Virus record (IMG/VR): IMGVR_UViG_3300009177_000031
Coordinates: 1 to 64,000 of that record
DNA from: a virus
Direction: 5' to 3' (one strand)
DNA length: 64,000 nucleotides
Shown here: piece by piece, positions 1 to 9,012 of the stretch
How the letters are laid out: the number at the start of each line of letters is the position of its first letter
Position numbering within the stretch: position 1 is the first letter of the stretch
Position numbers and translations under genes: made by a program
Notes under the pieces: generated by a model
What the model was told of the DNA's origin: nothing
What the model saw: the letters and a program-made list of their open reading frames with translations, nothing else
Database searches by the model: none

Positions 1-1
1 C

Positions 2-154
2 GTCAGCGCGCGCGACTACGACCGCGTGAAGGACGTCGAGATCACGATGTGGAACCAAACAAAGAAGGCGACGCTCGAAGCTGTCACGAACGCGGCTACC
101 GGCTCGTGCGTGCTCGGCATCGTCAGCGAGGTTGACGATGAACAATCCACCTGA
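2..154 (+). CDS. 3' end of hypothetical protein (partial)
   Basis: Open frame from the window edge (VSARDYDRVKDVEITMW...EQST) to TGA at 152-154, with codon usage like neighbouring genes; overlaps the next start. Confidence 0.6.
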   Translation, partial: VSARDYDRVKDVEITMWNQTKKATLEAVTNAATGSCVLGIVSEVDDEQST

Positions 155-872
155 GATCGGATCGCGTTGCATCGTTTGGGCTCGTCCTGAAGCGAGCCTG
201 ATTTTGCTGTTTGGCGAAGGCAGCTACGAAGGCACGCAATTCGTCAACGGCAACTACTGGCCGGTCATCAAGCTCGATGATGGTCGCGAGATCGTGGTGC
301 ACCAGCACGGCATCTCGGTAGGTATCGCGACGCAGGTTGCTGACCAATGCAAACGCTTCAAAGGCGACGTTTGTCAGTGGGACCTTGATCGCTACCTGCA
401 CGGCGAACGTCCGAACGCCGATCAGCGCACGTATCAATCGACGTCGACGAACGGCGTGACGAACAACATGCCGGCACCGAAGACGGCTTCCGATCGCGTG
501 CTCTACATCAAGAAGGAGATCGAGCTTCAGGAAGCGAAGATCAAGGTCGCCGAGAAGGTCATCACCGATGCGCGTGCAATCATCGCCGCGAAGAAGAAAG
601 AGATCAGCGACCAAACACAATCGGTCATCAGCGAGCTGTCGGCGGTGAACCCTGACTTCATGAAACAGCTCGTTGCGAACGTCGCAGCGCAATTGCAGAC
701 CGGTGCGCCAGCTGTCGAAGCGCCGCGTACGATGGGTGAGATGCAACCGGTGACGCAGCCTGTTGCGCCGCCTGTTGTCGTAGCTGCGCCTGTGGTCGCG
801 CGCATCGTCACGCCGCAGCCAGCTGACAAGGATGTCGACCAAGAATCAATCAGAGCCGCAACGGAGGACTAG
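138..872 (+). CDS. hypothetical protein with coiled coil and Pro/Val-rich tail
   Basis: ATG at 138 preceded by GAGG; abuts the next gene. Confidence 0.75.
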   Translation: MNNPPEIGSRCIVWARPEASLILLFGEGSYEGTQFVNGNYWPVIKLDDGREIVVHQHGISVGIATQVADQCKRFKGDVCQWDLDRYLHGERPNADQRTYQSTSTNGVTNNMPAPKTASDRVLYIKKEIELQEAKIKVAEKVITDARAIIAAKKKEISDQTQSVISELSAVNPDFMKQLVANVAAQLQTGAPAVEAPRTMGEMQPVTQPVAPPVVVAAPVVARIVTPQPADKDVDQESIRAATED

Positions 873-1301
873 ATGGAGAAGAAGGACATCATCGAGACGT
901 GGGACGCGCTACGCCGCGCGTTTGCAATGATGGCGCTCGCGATGGCGAGCAACATGCCTCGCGAGAAGCTGTTCCAGAAGAACGCTGACGGCGAGTACAC
1001 GCTGAAGCTGAACTTGCCAAACAGCTTCCGCGCGACGCTCATTCCGAAGGCTGTCGCTACGAAGCTGCGCGAGCGCGTGGCACGCGGCGACGTCACCACG
1101 ATCCAACCACCGGAGCCGTTCACGTGGCTCGTCATCAAGACAGGCCACGAGGAGATGCGCGCTATCCACGGCATTTGGGTCGGTCGCGCTGCATCGTGGC
1201 GCGGCAAGGTCGACCCGGCCACACTTCCGCGTAGCAGCAACTTCATGACGGCCGAAGAGGCAATCGCAAAGGGTATCCCTGTCCCCACGTTCAAGGAGTG
1301 A
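873..1301 (+). CDS. hypothetical protein
   Basis: GGAGG RBS; ATG directly after the previous stop. Confidence 0.75.
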   Translation: MEKKDIIETWDALRRAFAMMALAMASNMPREKLFQKNADGEYTLKLNLPNSFRATLIPKAVATKLRERVARGDVTTIQPPEPFTWLVIKTGHEEMRAIHGIWVGRAASWRGKVDPATLPRSSNFMTAEEAIAKGIPVPTFKE

Positions 1302-1304
1302 GCT

Positions 1305-2018
1305 ATGGCGCTTCGCAAAGGAATCGTTCCCACTGCACAACCAACCGCAGCACCTGCACCGGTCGCGCGCATCATCGGACGCACAGCACAAGCGGTGATC
1401 ACGACGCCGACGCAATCGGTACCGCAACCGCAGGCGCGCATCATCACGAAGTCGGAAGCGCCGCGTTTGCGTGAAGGGCCTGTACGCGGTCTGCTTGTCG
1501 GCAACGACGGCAAACCGCTTCGTGGGCTTTCGCAGCAAACGCTCGAAGCTCACAAGGCGTACAGCGAAGACGCGACCGAGCGCTGCATGAACTGCGGACG
1601 CATGGTGCCGCCGAAGTACATGAAAACGGTCGTTGCAAACGCGTACAACTCGAACAATCCGCTGCGGCTTTGCGACACGCCGCCAGTGCAGGGCGAAGCA
1701 CCGTCCTGCATCTCGCTCGCGTATCGAGACGTCGGTCGCAACGATGCGCCGCAAGCGAAGCCGTGGCGACCGAGCATCCCTGCGGTGCGCTTCGATCGCG
1801 AGACGGCTGCACCGTACGACGCACGTCAGCGTGGTGTCACGATCAGAGACCTGACCACACGCGACACCTACCACAACGAACGCGAAGTCCCATCGCAGTT
1901 CAAGACAGACGTCTTGATCGGTGAGGGACGCTGGAGTGGGCCGGGAGGTAAGGGACACGTAGTGACACGCGAATCGGTGGCTGCGTCTCGCGATCGTGCA
2001 GCTCGCGCGCGTCGCTAA
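1305..2018 (+). CDS. hypothetical protein, possible Zn-binding
   Basis: AAGGAG RBS; CMNC motif; operon packing. Confidence 0.7.
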   Translation: MALRKGIVPTAQPTAAPAPVARIIGRTAQAVITTPTQSVPQPQARIITKSEAPRLREGPVRGLLVGNDGKPLRGLSQQTLEAHKAYSEDATERCMNCGRMVPPKYMKTVVANAYNSNNPLRLCDTPPVQGEAPSCISLAYRDVGRNDAPQAKPWRPSIPAVRFDRETAAPYDARQRGVTIRDLTTRDTYHNEREVPSQFKTDVLIGEGRWSGPGGKGHVVTRESVAASRDRAARARR

Positions 2019-2070
2019 GTGATCGGAAACGATCGCCTTTCGTCAGGAGCTTGCTCTACAGGTTCCTGGC

Positions 2071-2799
2071 ATGATGTATTCCCAGGAACTCATGATTACG
2101 AGGAAGCAGGCACAAGCCATCGTTCGCGAATGCGCGTACCACCAGTGCGCGAGCGTTCCGATCGAACAGCTCTACGGCGACTACGTTCGCTCCGAGCGTG
2201 CGCTCATCCTCGCCGAGTGGAAGAAGTTCGTCGGTCAGCTCACCACGCACACGGTGAAGGTGACGCTGTCGAGCGCGAAGCAGGATTGGCTCACGCCACC
2301 GTACTTCCTGGACATCGTGCGCCAGCTCGGTCCGATCGCGCTGGACCCTTGCGCGAACCCGTTGAGCTTTGTCAAAGCGTGGTGGTCGTTCTATGGTGGA
2401 CCGAACCACGTCGATGGGCTCGCGCAGCGCTGGTTCATTCCAGAGAACACGGTGTGCTTCGTCAATCCGCCGTACGGACGCACGCTGCATTTGTGGGCTG
2501 CGAAGATGGCGTCAGAGGGTTCGTCTATCATTCGCGATGCAGGTGCACATGAAGTCTCGCTCATTCCAGCTCGCACAGGAACCGGCTATTGGGAGAAGTA
2601 CATCTGGCCGTTCGCGGATGCTGTTTGCTTCTGGCATGGTGGTCATCAGTATCCAGCGCGCATGTGCTTCTACGGTTTGGACGGACGTCCGGCAGACACC
2701 GGCGCGACGTTCGATGCAGCTGTCGTTTACTTCGGCAAACAGCGTGAGCGCTTCAAGGAGATCTTCACGCCGTATGGCACGGTGCAGCTCGTGAACTAA
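2071..2799 (+). CDS. phage DNA N6-adenine methyltransferase (Dam-family, PF05869-like)
   Basis: Motifs DWLTP, LDPCA, DGL..RW, catalytic NPPYG and LIPARTGT.YW. Confidence 0.85.
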   Translation: MMYSQELMITRKQAQAIVRECAYHQCASVPIEQLYGDYVRSERALILAEWKKFVGQLTTHTVKVTLSSAKQDWLTPPYFLDIVRQLGPIALDPCANPLSFVKAWWSFYGGPNHVDGLAQRWFIPENTVCFVNPPYGRTLHLWAAKMASEGSSIIRDAGAHEVSLIPARTGTGYWEKYIWPFADAVCFWHGGHQYPARMCFYGLDGRPADTGATFDAAVVYFGKQRERFKEIFTPYGTVQLVN

Positions 2800-2870
2800 T
2801 CGCGGTTCGTCTAATGGTAGGACAGGGGCCTTTGGAGCCTCTAATCTAGGTCCGAATCCTAGACCGCGAA
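2800..2870 (+). tRNA. tRNA-Gln (anticodon UUG), no encoded CCA
   Basis: Acceptor stem TCGCGGT/ACCGCGA, D arm GTC-TAATGGTAG-GAC, anticodon arm GGGGC-CTTTGGA-GCCTC, T arm CTAGG-TCCGAAT-CCTAG. Confidence 0.88.
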
Positions 2871-2872
2871 CG

Positions 2873-3115
2873 ATGGCCAGCAAAGAAGAGATGCTGGCGC
2901 TGTGGGAAGAGGTGAAAGCCAACTCCAAGCGCCTTGTCGATTGTTCGGGTCCGCATGACTTCGTCGGCATTGAAGCCGAGCTGCAAGGCGAAACGAAGGA
3001 TGGCGGCAAGCTGTATCGCCGTTACGTTTGCACCAAGTGCGGTGGGAAAATTCTTTCGCACGACAAGCTTTGGTACGAACGAGGATTGCAACACGGAAGG
3101 GAACTGCACAAATGA
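2873..3115 (+). CDS. small hypothetical Zn-ribbon-like protein
   Basis: C..PHDF...CTKCGG pattern; stop overlaps the next ATG (ATGA). Confidence 0.7.
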   Translation: MASKEEMLALWEEVKANSKRLVDCSGPHDFVGIEAELQGETKDGGKLYRRYVCTKCGGKILSHDKLWYERGLQHGRELHK

Positions 3116-3957
3116 CCGACGCAAACACCAATGCACCGACTCCCAGCTCGACGTTCGATCTGTCCACGCTCACGACGTGGCAGGGCTTCCTCACCGCGCT
3201 GAAGCGACTCGTCAGCTCGATGAAGTTCTGGACGTTCATGCTCACGCTTCTCCTCGCGCTCGGTACGAAGTACGGCTTCAACGTCGATCCCACGGCGTAC
3301 TGGACGATCGTTGGTCTCGGCGCTGCGCTTCTCGGCGTGCAGGGCGCGACCGATTGGGGGAAGAACGCGCAGGTCGCGCAGAACCAATCGCACGCGATCC
3401 ACAGCGCGAAGTACGGCACGCCGTTCAGTTCGCAAGCTGCGGTTGCGCAGTTCGCGCCCGCGGAAGCGAAGCTTCTCATCATCGGTGATGACGGCAAGGT
3501 TTCGATCCACATGACCGACGGCACCGATCACGACATCACCGAGATGCTGTCGAAGGCTGGCTTCGTCAAGAGCGCGCTCGTTCGTCCGGGTCAAGCTGGC
3601 TTCGCTCGCCTCGCGCTGATGCAGCTCATCGCTGTCGTCGCGGTGATCGCAATCGCGCTGTCGGCGTGCCTGTCCGGCGCGCAGGCGAAGGAGGGTGGTC
3701 TCGCGGCCGGTGGCTGCGGCATCTCCGATCTCGTGAAGTACGCCGACGACGTGAAGACGGCGCTGGGCACGGAAGGTTTCACCTCTGCGCTCGGTGACGT
3801 CGCGAAAAAGGATGGTCTCGCGCAAGAGGCGCTCGTTTGCCTCGTGCAAGGCGTGCTCGCGGTGGAGAGCGGTGGCGGTTCGCAAACCGCAAACCACGGT
3901 CAGGAGACGCCTGTCGTTTCTCACGCGCGTGCGTTCCTCGCTGCGCAAAAGAAGTGA
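3112..3957 (+). CDS. holin-like membrane protein with internal lipobox-like segment
   Basis: Two N-terminal hydrophobic helices (KFWTFMLTLLLALG, YWTIVGLGAALLGVQG) and a later hydrophobic run ending IALSAC; lies upstream of the endolysin. Confidence 0.55.
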   Translation: MTDANTNAPTPSSTFDLSTLTTWQGFLTALKRLVSSMKFWTFMLTLLLALGTKYGFNVDPTAYWTIVGLGAALLGVQGATDWGKNAQVAQNQSHAIHSAKYGTPFSSQAAVAQFAPAEAKLLIIGDDGKVSIHMTDGTDHDITEMLSKAGFVKSALVRPGQAGFARLALMQLIAVVAVIAIALSACLSGAQAKEGGLAAGGCGISDLVKYADDVKTALGTEGFTSALGDVAKKDGLAQEALVCLVQGVLAVESGGGSQTANHGQETPVVSHARAFLAAQKK

Positions 3958-3984
3958 ACCGTGCACGAAAGGAAGAAGAAACAC

Positions 3985-4746
3985 ATGTACACGCCTCCAC
4001 ACGTTCTCATCGTCAACCATCCTGGCAGCGGTGCAGACGACGCTGACCTTCCGAAGATCGCAGCTGCGCTCGCACGCCAGGTGGAGGAGCACTTCGCTCC
4101 GTTCTACGGCGTGACGTGCACCGTCGGTTCGGTTGCGTCGACATTCACCGACTTCGACCACACGAAGCTTCCGCCTGGCACGTGGATCATCGGTCTGTTC
4201 AAGGACGCCGATCAGCCTGGTGCGCTCGGCTACCACGACATGACCGTGCACGGCGAACCGCTCGCAAAAGTGTTTCCGTTGCTCGACAAGCAAGACGGTG
4301 GCGAACTGAGCGTCACGATCTCGCACGAGCTTCTGGAGATGCTCGCCGATCCGTATCTCTCGAAGGCGGTGCAGGCGAGCGACGGGAAGTTCTGGGCGTA
4401 CGAAGTCTGCGATGCCGTCGAAGAGGATCAGTACCAAATCGACGGCGTGTTCGTGTCGAACTTCGTCACGCCGCACTACTTCGAGCCACCGCAGGATCTC
4501 GCCGGCCTGTTCTTCGACTACATGAAGCTCGTGACGAAGCCGTTCGAGGTTCGTCCTGGTGGCTACATGCAGTGGCACAACGGAAGCGGTGGCTGGCATC
4601 AGGTGGAAGCGCAGCACATGCCGCCGCGTTCGTATCGTGCGAGCCTGCACAAACCGTCTCGCGCAAAGCTGCGCGCGAAGACGCACGCGGTGTCTCGTCC
4701 TGTTCCGACTGCAATCCCTGGCAGCGGTGTGGCGCAACATGACTGA
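3985..4746 (+). CDS. zincin-like metallopeptidase domain protein
   Basis: ALGYHD, SHELLEMLADP (HExxE) and EVCDAVE motifs. Confidence 0.6.
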   Translation: MYTPPHVLIVNHPGSGADDADLPKIAAALARQVEEHFAPFYGVTCTVGSVASTFTDFDHTKLPPGTWIIGLFKDADQPGALGYHDMTVHGEPLAKVFPLLDKQDGGELSVTISHELLEMLADPYLSKAVQASDGKFWAYEVCDAVEEDQYQIDGVFVSNFVTPHYFEPPQDLAGLFFDYMKLVTKPFEVRPGGYMQWHNGSGGWHQVEAQHMPPRSYRASLHKPSRAKLRAKTHAVSRPVPTAIPGSGVAQHD

Positions 4747-5461
4747 CAAGCTGTTCGTCGACACATACCTCGGTGATCGCAACGCGCCGATCGAAATCGC
4801 CGCGGTGAAGACGCTCATCAACAGCGGTGATCCGTGGTGCGGTCTCGTCCACAAGATCACGCAGGGGCTCTACGAGTGGGAGTGCGATCGGATCAACTCG
4901 TTCCGCTCGATCATCACCGACCACGATCGCTACGGCGTGGACTTCTTCGATGGCTACTACCACTATCTCGATCTCCACCAGGATTGGGTCGCGCAAGCGG
5001 ACTTCTTCTGGTCGAAGATGGAGAAGATCGGTGGCGAGAAGAAGGGCACGCTGTGGACGATGGTCGACGTCGAGCGTGGTGGGCAAGGCGTCATTCCGAC
5101 GTCGCAACAGGTGTTCGACGGCGTTGGCAAGTGGGCCGAGCGTTACCATCAGCTGAGCGGTCGTTTGCCGACGCTGTATGGCGGTGAGCTGCTTCGCTCG
5201 CTCGGCATCCACGCGCCTGGTGCGCCGATCAACTTGCTCGGCTGCGGTCGCAATTCGATTGCGCTCTACGGTCCTCGTTTGACCATCGACGTGATCGCAG
5301 CGACCGGCACCGATCCGGCGCACTTGCTGTTCTGGCAGTACGACGGCGACGGCGAGGCGTATCTTGCCGGGTACCCGCGCGAAGCGCCTGGCTTCGGCAA
5401 GATCGACATCAGCGCGATGGTGCTTCCTGGTGGTATGGACGCGATGAAGGCGCAGCTCTAA
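4739..5461 (+). CDS. endolysin, glycoside hydrolase family 25 (muramidase)
   Basis: GH25 hallmarks in order: N-terminal VD, KITQG, GYYHY, QAD.F, catalytic DVE, WQY, C-terminal ID. Confidence 0.75.
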   Translation: MTDKLFVDTYLGDRNAPIEIAAVKTLINSGDPWCGLVHKITQGLYEWECDRINSFRSIITDHDRYGVDFFDGYYHYLDLHQDWVAQADFFWSKMEKIGGEKKGTLWTMVDVERGGQGVIPTSQQVFDGVGKWAERYHQLSGRLPTLYGGELLRSLGIHAPGAPINLLGCGRNSIALYGPRLTIDVIAATGTDPAHLLFWQYDGDGEAYLAGYPREAPGFGKIDISAMVLPGGMDAMKAQL

Positions 5462-5483
5462 TCGCTGCGAGAAGGAGGAGAAG

Positions 5484-6134
5484 ATGGCTACGATCAAAAT
5501 CAACGCGAGCGAAACCGAGCTGGTCAGCAAGGCGCTCATGGAGTTCGCGCTGTACGCGCACGTCGATTCGAGCTTCGACGTGTCTTCGTTTCCGCCGTTG
5601 AGGCGTTTGCAAATCGAGCATCACCGGTGGCAATCGGAGAAGCTCAGTTTGAATGCTGACCGTTCGCTCGCGGTCATGAACCTCGGCATCGTCGAAGAGG
5701 CGTGCTGGGAGTTGCCAGTTGCCGTCGAGGAAGACTCGCGCGACGAGATCTTCGACACGCTCGGCGACATCCTCATCTACACGATGGCGTGCTGCACCGA
5801 TCTGCGGCTCGACTTCATGACGCTCGCGCGCGACTTCGACGCTGGCGAGCTGCAAATGGTGCAGGGTCTCGAAGGCTGGATGAACCTGTACAAAGGCATC
5901 GGCATGCTCGCTCACGTCGTCGGCAAGAACCGACAGCGCACGCGCGGCTACGATGATCTGGAGAAGTGCCGCATGCACGGTGGCGCTGCAATCGCGCGCA
6001 TCTGTTCGGCGGTGCACTGGCTCTGCTTCTCGAACGATTGGGAGCCGAGCGTACTTCTTCAGGAGGTTGCGTCGAAGGTGATGCAACGCGATTGGACCAA
6101 GAACTCGACGAGCGGCGAAGTCGCACAAGCGTAA
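5484..6134 (+). CDS. MazG-like nucleotide pyrophosphohydrolase
   Basis: LGIVEEA..EL...DEIFDTLGDILIY (EExxE...D) motif, with a degenerate second repeat. Confidence 0.65.
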   Translation: MATIKINASETELVSKALMEFALYAHVDSSFDVSSFPPLRRLQIEHHRWQSEKLSLNADRSLAVMNLGIVEEACWELPVAVEEDSRDEIFDTLGDILIYTMACCTDLRLDFMTLARDFDAGELQMVQGLEGWMNLYKGIGMLAHVVGKNRQRTRGYDDLEKCRMHGGAAIARICSAVHWLCFSNDWEPSVLLQEVASKVMQRDWTKNSTSGEVAQA

Positions 6135-6872
6135 TTGGAGGAAGTCGTGATTGTCGCAATCGAAGGCATTGACGCCGCAGGCAAGAACGAACAGGTGAAG
6201 CGTTTGGTGGAGTGGTTCACCAAACACGACAGCCTGCAATTCGGCAACGTGCGACAGCACGATTTCCCTCACTACGAAACCGTCGCTGGTGGCGTCGTTG
6301 GACGCATCTTGCGTGGTCAAACGATCATCATTGATGCAAACGACGTCGAACGCGACGACGGTTCCGCGGTGAGCTACGCAGCCAAATGGAACCGCGACAA
6401 AGGCATCATCGTCCAATCGGTCATGGTCGCCGATCGATTGGAGTGGTTGCCGTTGCTCGTCGAGTTCGCGCAATCGGTCGACAACCTGTTGTTGCTCGAT
6501 CGCTACAAGATGTCCGGCATCGCTTACGGTGCCGCAGAAGGTGTAGAGGCTACGTTCACCAGGACGATTCAATCGTCGCTACCGGACGCCGATCTCAACG
6601 TGCTTTTGGACATCTCAGTCGATGAGTCTTACCGTCGCAGACCGCAACGCCGGGATCATAACGAGCGCGATCTCGACAAGCTTCACCGCGCTCGTGGCTT
6701 CTACCTGCGAGAGTTCAATCAGATTGCCGCGAGCGATGCTGATTCTTGCCTAGTCGTTGATGGCAACCAGGATGCTGATTCGATCAAAGAGCAAATCGTA
6801 GAAGCGATTCTACGCAAGATCGAGTCTCTCTATCGCGAGCAAAATATGACAATCGAGTTCGAGAAACACTGA
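6135..6872 (+). CDS. tmk: thymidylate (dTMP) kinase
   Basis: P-loop IEGIDAAGK, FP.Y, DRYKMSGIAYG, PD..VLLD, VDG; start uncertain (TTG 6135 or GTG 6147). Confidence 0.85.
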   Translation: MEEVVIVAIEGIDAAGKNEQVKRLVEWFTKHDSLQFGNVRQHDFPHYETVAGGVVGRILRGQTIIIDANDVERDDGSAVSYAAKWNRDKGIIVQSVMVADRLEWLPLLVEFAQSVDNLLLLDRYKMSGIAYGAAEGVEATFTRTIQSSLPDADLNVLLDISVDESYRRRPQRRDHNERDLDKLHRARGFYLREFNQIAASDADSCLVVDGNQDADSIKEQIVEAILRKIESLYREQNMTIEFEKH

Positions 6873-7194
6873 ATGATTCTCGATACTTGCATGTCGCCCT
6901 TCTGACTGTTTCGATCAATTGCACTGAGTCTTACTAATAGTAATAGACGCGCGCGCATTATGCACGCGTTCGAGGATTCGACGGAAGACGAGTGAAGATG
7001 CAGTTACAGCGCGCAACACCAGAACGCAACACCACACCGCTGCTAGGAAGTGCAGTTGGAGGATGGCGTGTGGTTTTGCAGCTAAGGCACCTAGCTTCGC
7101 GCAGGCGCGATTTTAGGGGTCTGGGCGCCACGTCTCCTCGTCCGATCGCTTCCGCGCGTTCCTACGCAATCCTGTGCAATCCGCGGTGGTCATC
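6873..7194. promoter_or_regulatory. largest intergenic region; AT-rich patch with palindrome, putative promoter/operator and structured element
   Basis: TTGCAC (6919) followed by inverted repeat TTACTA-A-TAGTAA (6931-6943); stem-loops at 7031-7110. Confidence 0.45.
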
Positions 7195-7449
7195 ATGAAG
7201 CGTGCACGGAAGCCGAAGCGCGACTTTGAGATGGAGACGCTGAAAAAGCTCACCACAGTCTCAATGACGGATGACGAGTTTCGCGCGCGACTGCTAGCCG
7301 ACAAGGCTGCGCTTGAAGCGCGGTTGAAAGAGTTGTTCGCGTTCCGCCGCGCGATGAATTTCCCAAAAGGTGGCTTGGGCGAGCAAGAGTGCAACGAACT
7401 GATCCGTGGAATCTCGTCTGAGCTGCGGATGATCAAGGCGCAGCTATGA
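7195..7449 (+). CDS. hypothetical protein
   Basis: 84-aa helical ORF; no strong RBS. Confidence 0.55.
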   Translation: MKRARKPKRDFEMETLKKLTTVSMTDDEFRARLLADKAALEARLKELFAFRRAMNFPKGGLGEQECNELIRGISSELRMIKAQL

Positions 7450-7545
7450 GTCCATACGATGAGGGTTGGTTGCTCGATTGCTTGGGCATCGAGATTCAGC
7501 TGAACGATCCGCGCACGCAAAGCGTGGCGAAGAAGGAGCAAGACG

Positions 7546-7893
7546 ATGGCGACCGGTCCAACAGGAACGAAGCAGAAGACGTACTACGTTCGCGAGGACT
7601 TGGCCAAAGTCATAGCTCACATCGCAAGCCATCATGACAAGCGCGAGTCCGAGATCGTAAACGAAGCATTCGAGGTCTACATCAACCAGGTGTTGACCGA
7701 TGAGCAACGCCGAGTGTTCGGCTACAAGAAGGAGCAGAGTAATGGACACGCAAACGGAACCACAAACGGCGGATCAACTGGTGGCGCAGATCGAACAGGA
7801 AACGAAGACGGAAGCGGAACGACTGGCAGTCCACCAGGAACGAAGAAGCGAGATCGGTCGCAGGATGAAGCTCGACGTCGGCATCCCAGGTGA
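7546..7893 (+). CDS. ribbon-helix-helix DNA-binding protein
   Basis: KQKTYYVREDLAKVI...ESEIVNEAFEVYI RHH pattern; AAGGAG RBS. Confidence 0.65.
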   Translation: MATGPTGTKQKTYYVREDLAKVIAHIASHHDKRESEIVNEAFEVYINQVLTDEQRRVFGYKKEQSNGHANGTTNGGSTGGADRTGNEDGSGTTGSPPGTKKRDRSQDEARRRHPR

Positions 7894-8269
7894 GCGCGCG
7901 ATCCTGGCGAACGGTCAGGAGTCGGACGTGCGTGACTACATCGGCATGGCGCTCGATCCGTTGCTCTACGTGAACCGCAAGTGCAACAAGTGTCTCGCGC
8001 GTGGAACCGAGACGATCGTGAAGTACCTGACGCCTGCGCAGGCGAAGAAGGCTATCGCCGACGATCCGAAGAACGAGCTGTTCATCAGCGAACGTGAGCC
8101 AGGGAAGTTCGAGTACCGCGAGCTGCGTAGCTGCATTTGCTCGAAGCGCCGCTACAAGAAAGCGCACGCTCTGTTCGCCGATGCGCTCGTGAAGGCTGAG
8201 CTGGCGAAGTGGGCTGGCGTCATCATCGATGGCGATGGCGACCGCATGGATCGCGTGGAGTTGCTGTAA
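7742..8269 (+). CDS. hypothetical protein with CxxC/CxC
   Basis: AAGGAG RBS before ATG 7742; CNKC...CIC; overlaps the RHH gene tail. Confidence 0.7.
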   Translation: MDTQTEPQTADQLVAQIEQETKTEAERLAVHQERRSEIGRRMKLDVGIPGERAILANGQESDVRDYIGMALDPLLYVNRKCNKCLARGTETIVKYLTPAQAKKAIADDPKNELFISEREPGKFEYRELRSCICSKRRYKKAHALFADALVKAELAKWAGVIIDGDGDRMDRVELL

Positions 8270-8332
8270 AGCGACGCTGCGTGCGATAAACTGCGGCCTG
8301 TACCGGGTCGATTGCAAACAAAGGAGACAGAC

Positions 8333-8569
8333 ATGGCGCTCTTGAAGAAACCAAAGCAGAAGCTCGTCAGCGTTGCCGGCGCGAGTGCGAAAGCACCGGC
8401 TGCGGCTTCTCGTGCGAAGGCGAAGAAGCCAGGCAAGAAAAAGAAGAAGGGCGGTGGAGGCGGCGGTGGTGGTGACGACGGTGGCGGTGGTGGAGGCGGT
8501 GGAGGCGGTGGAGGCGGTGGAGGTGGAGGCGGCGGTGGTGGTGGTCGCTCGCGTGGTCCGAAGGGCTAA
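8333..8569 (+). CDS. small Lys-rich/poly-Gly protein
   Basis: Strong AAAGGAG RBS; KKPGKKKKK-G8-DD-G22-RSRGPKG. Confidence 0.75.
   Translation: MALLKKPKQKLVSVAGASAKAPAAASRAKAKKPGKKKKKGGGGGGGGDDGGGGGGGGGGGGGGGGGGGGGGRSRGPKG
8450..8545 (+). repeat. GGN trinucleotide tract including (GGCGGTGGA)n
   Basis: 32 codons: 30 Gly and 2 Asp. Confidence 0.9.
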
Positions 8570-8572
8570 CGC

Positions 8573-9010
8573 GTGCAGCTTCATCATCTGAAGAAGCTCG
8601 CGCTTCGGCACATGCCGAAGGTCGCGCGCTTTCCGAAGAAGTGGTGGAGCATGCCGTTGTACGCGTGGGTGCCAGGTCACGAGCTGGCACACGCGCTTCT
8701 CGCGACGTCGGAACAACTGACGAAGCGACGTTTGGGTCTGCACAAACTCGCCACGTGCGCTTGTCGCAATCGCGTGTGTTGGGTGGTCGAAGCGGCTGCA
8801 ACGTACATCTCAACGACGTGGCACGCTGCAATCGGTCGTTTCGATCTGCGTGATGAAGAACTGAAGCCTGAAGTCACGCCGTACGTGAGTCAGCTGCGAA
8901 CGCGCAACATGCGCCGACGCGTGCTGAGGTTGCTGAAGCAGAAGAACCTTTGGCCGCTCCCAATGACGGTCGAAGAAGTAGAAGCCGCGTTTGCGGCGAA
9001 GAAGGAGTAG
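8573..9010 (+). CDS. HExxH metallopeptidase-like protein
   Basis: GHELAHALL followed by a downstream E (VVEAAA). Confidence 0.5.
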   Translation: MQLHHLKKLALRHMPKVARFPKKWWSMPLYAWVPGHELAHALLATSEQLTKRRLGLHKLATCACRNRVCWVVEAAATYISTTWHAAIGRFDLRDEELKPEVTPYVSQLRTRNMRRRVLRLLKQKNLWPLPMTVEEVEAAFAAKKE

Positions 9011-9012
9011 CC

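Noticed and set aside
3022-4860. Long minus-strand ORFs (this 612-aa one, and 26543-28081, 31193-33013, 32677-34341, 53923-55941 and others)
   Set aside because: Arg/His/Val-rich antisense shadows of strongly codon-biased + strand genes; no RBS or motifs.
8450-8545. GGN tract as a CRISPR array, telomere-like repeat or assembly artefact
   Set aside because: No repeat-spacer structure; third positions vary and the frame is kept, which indicates coding poly-Gly.
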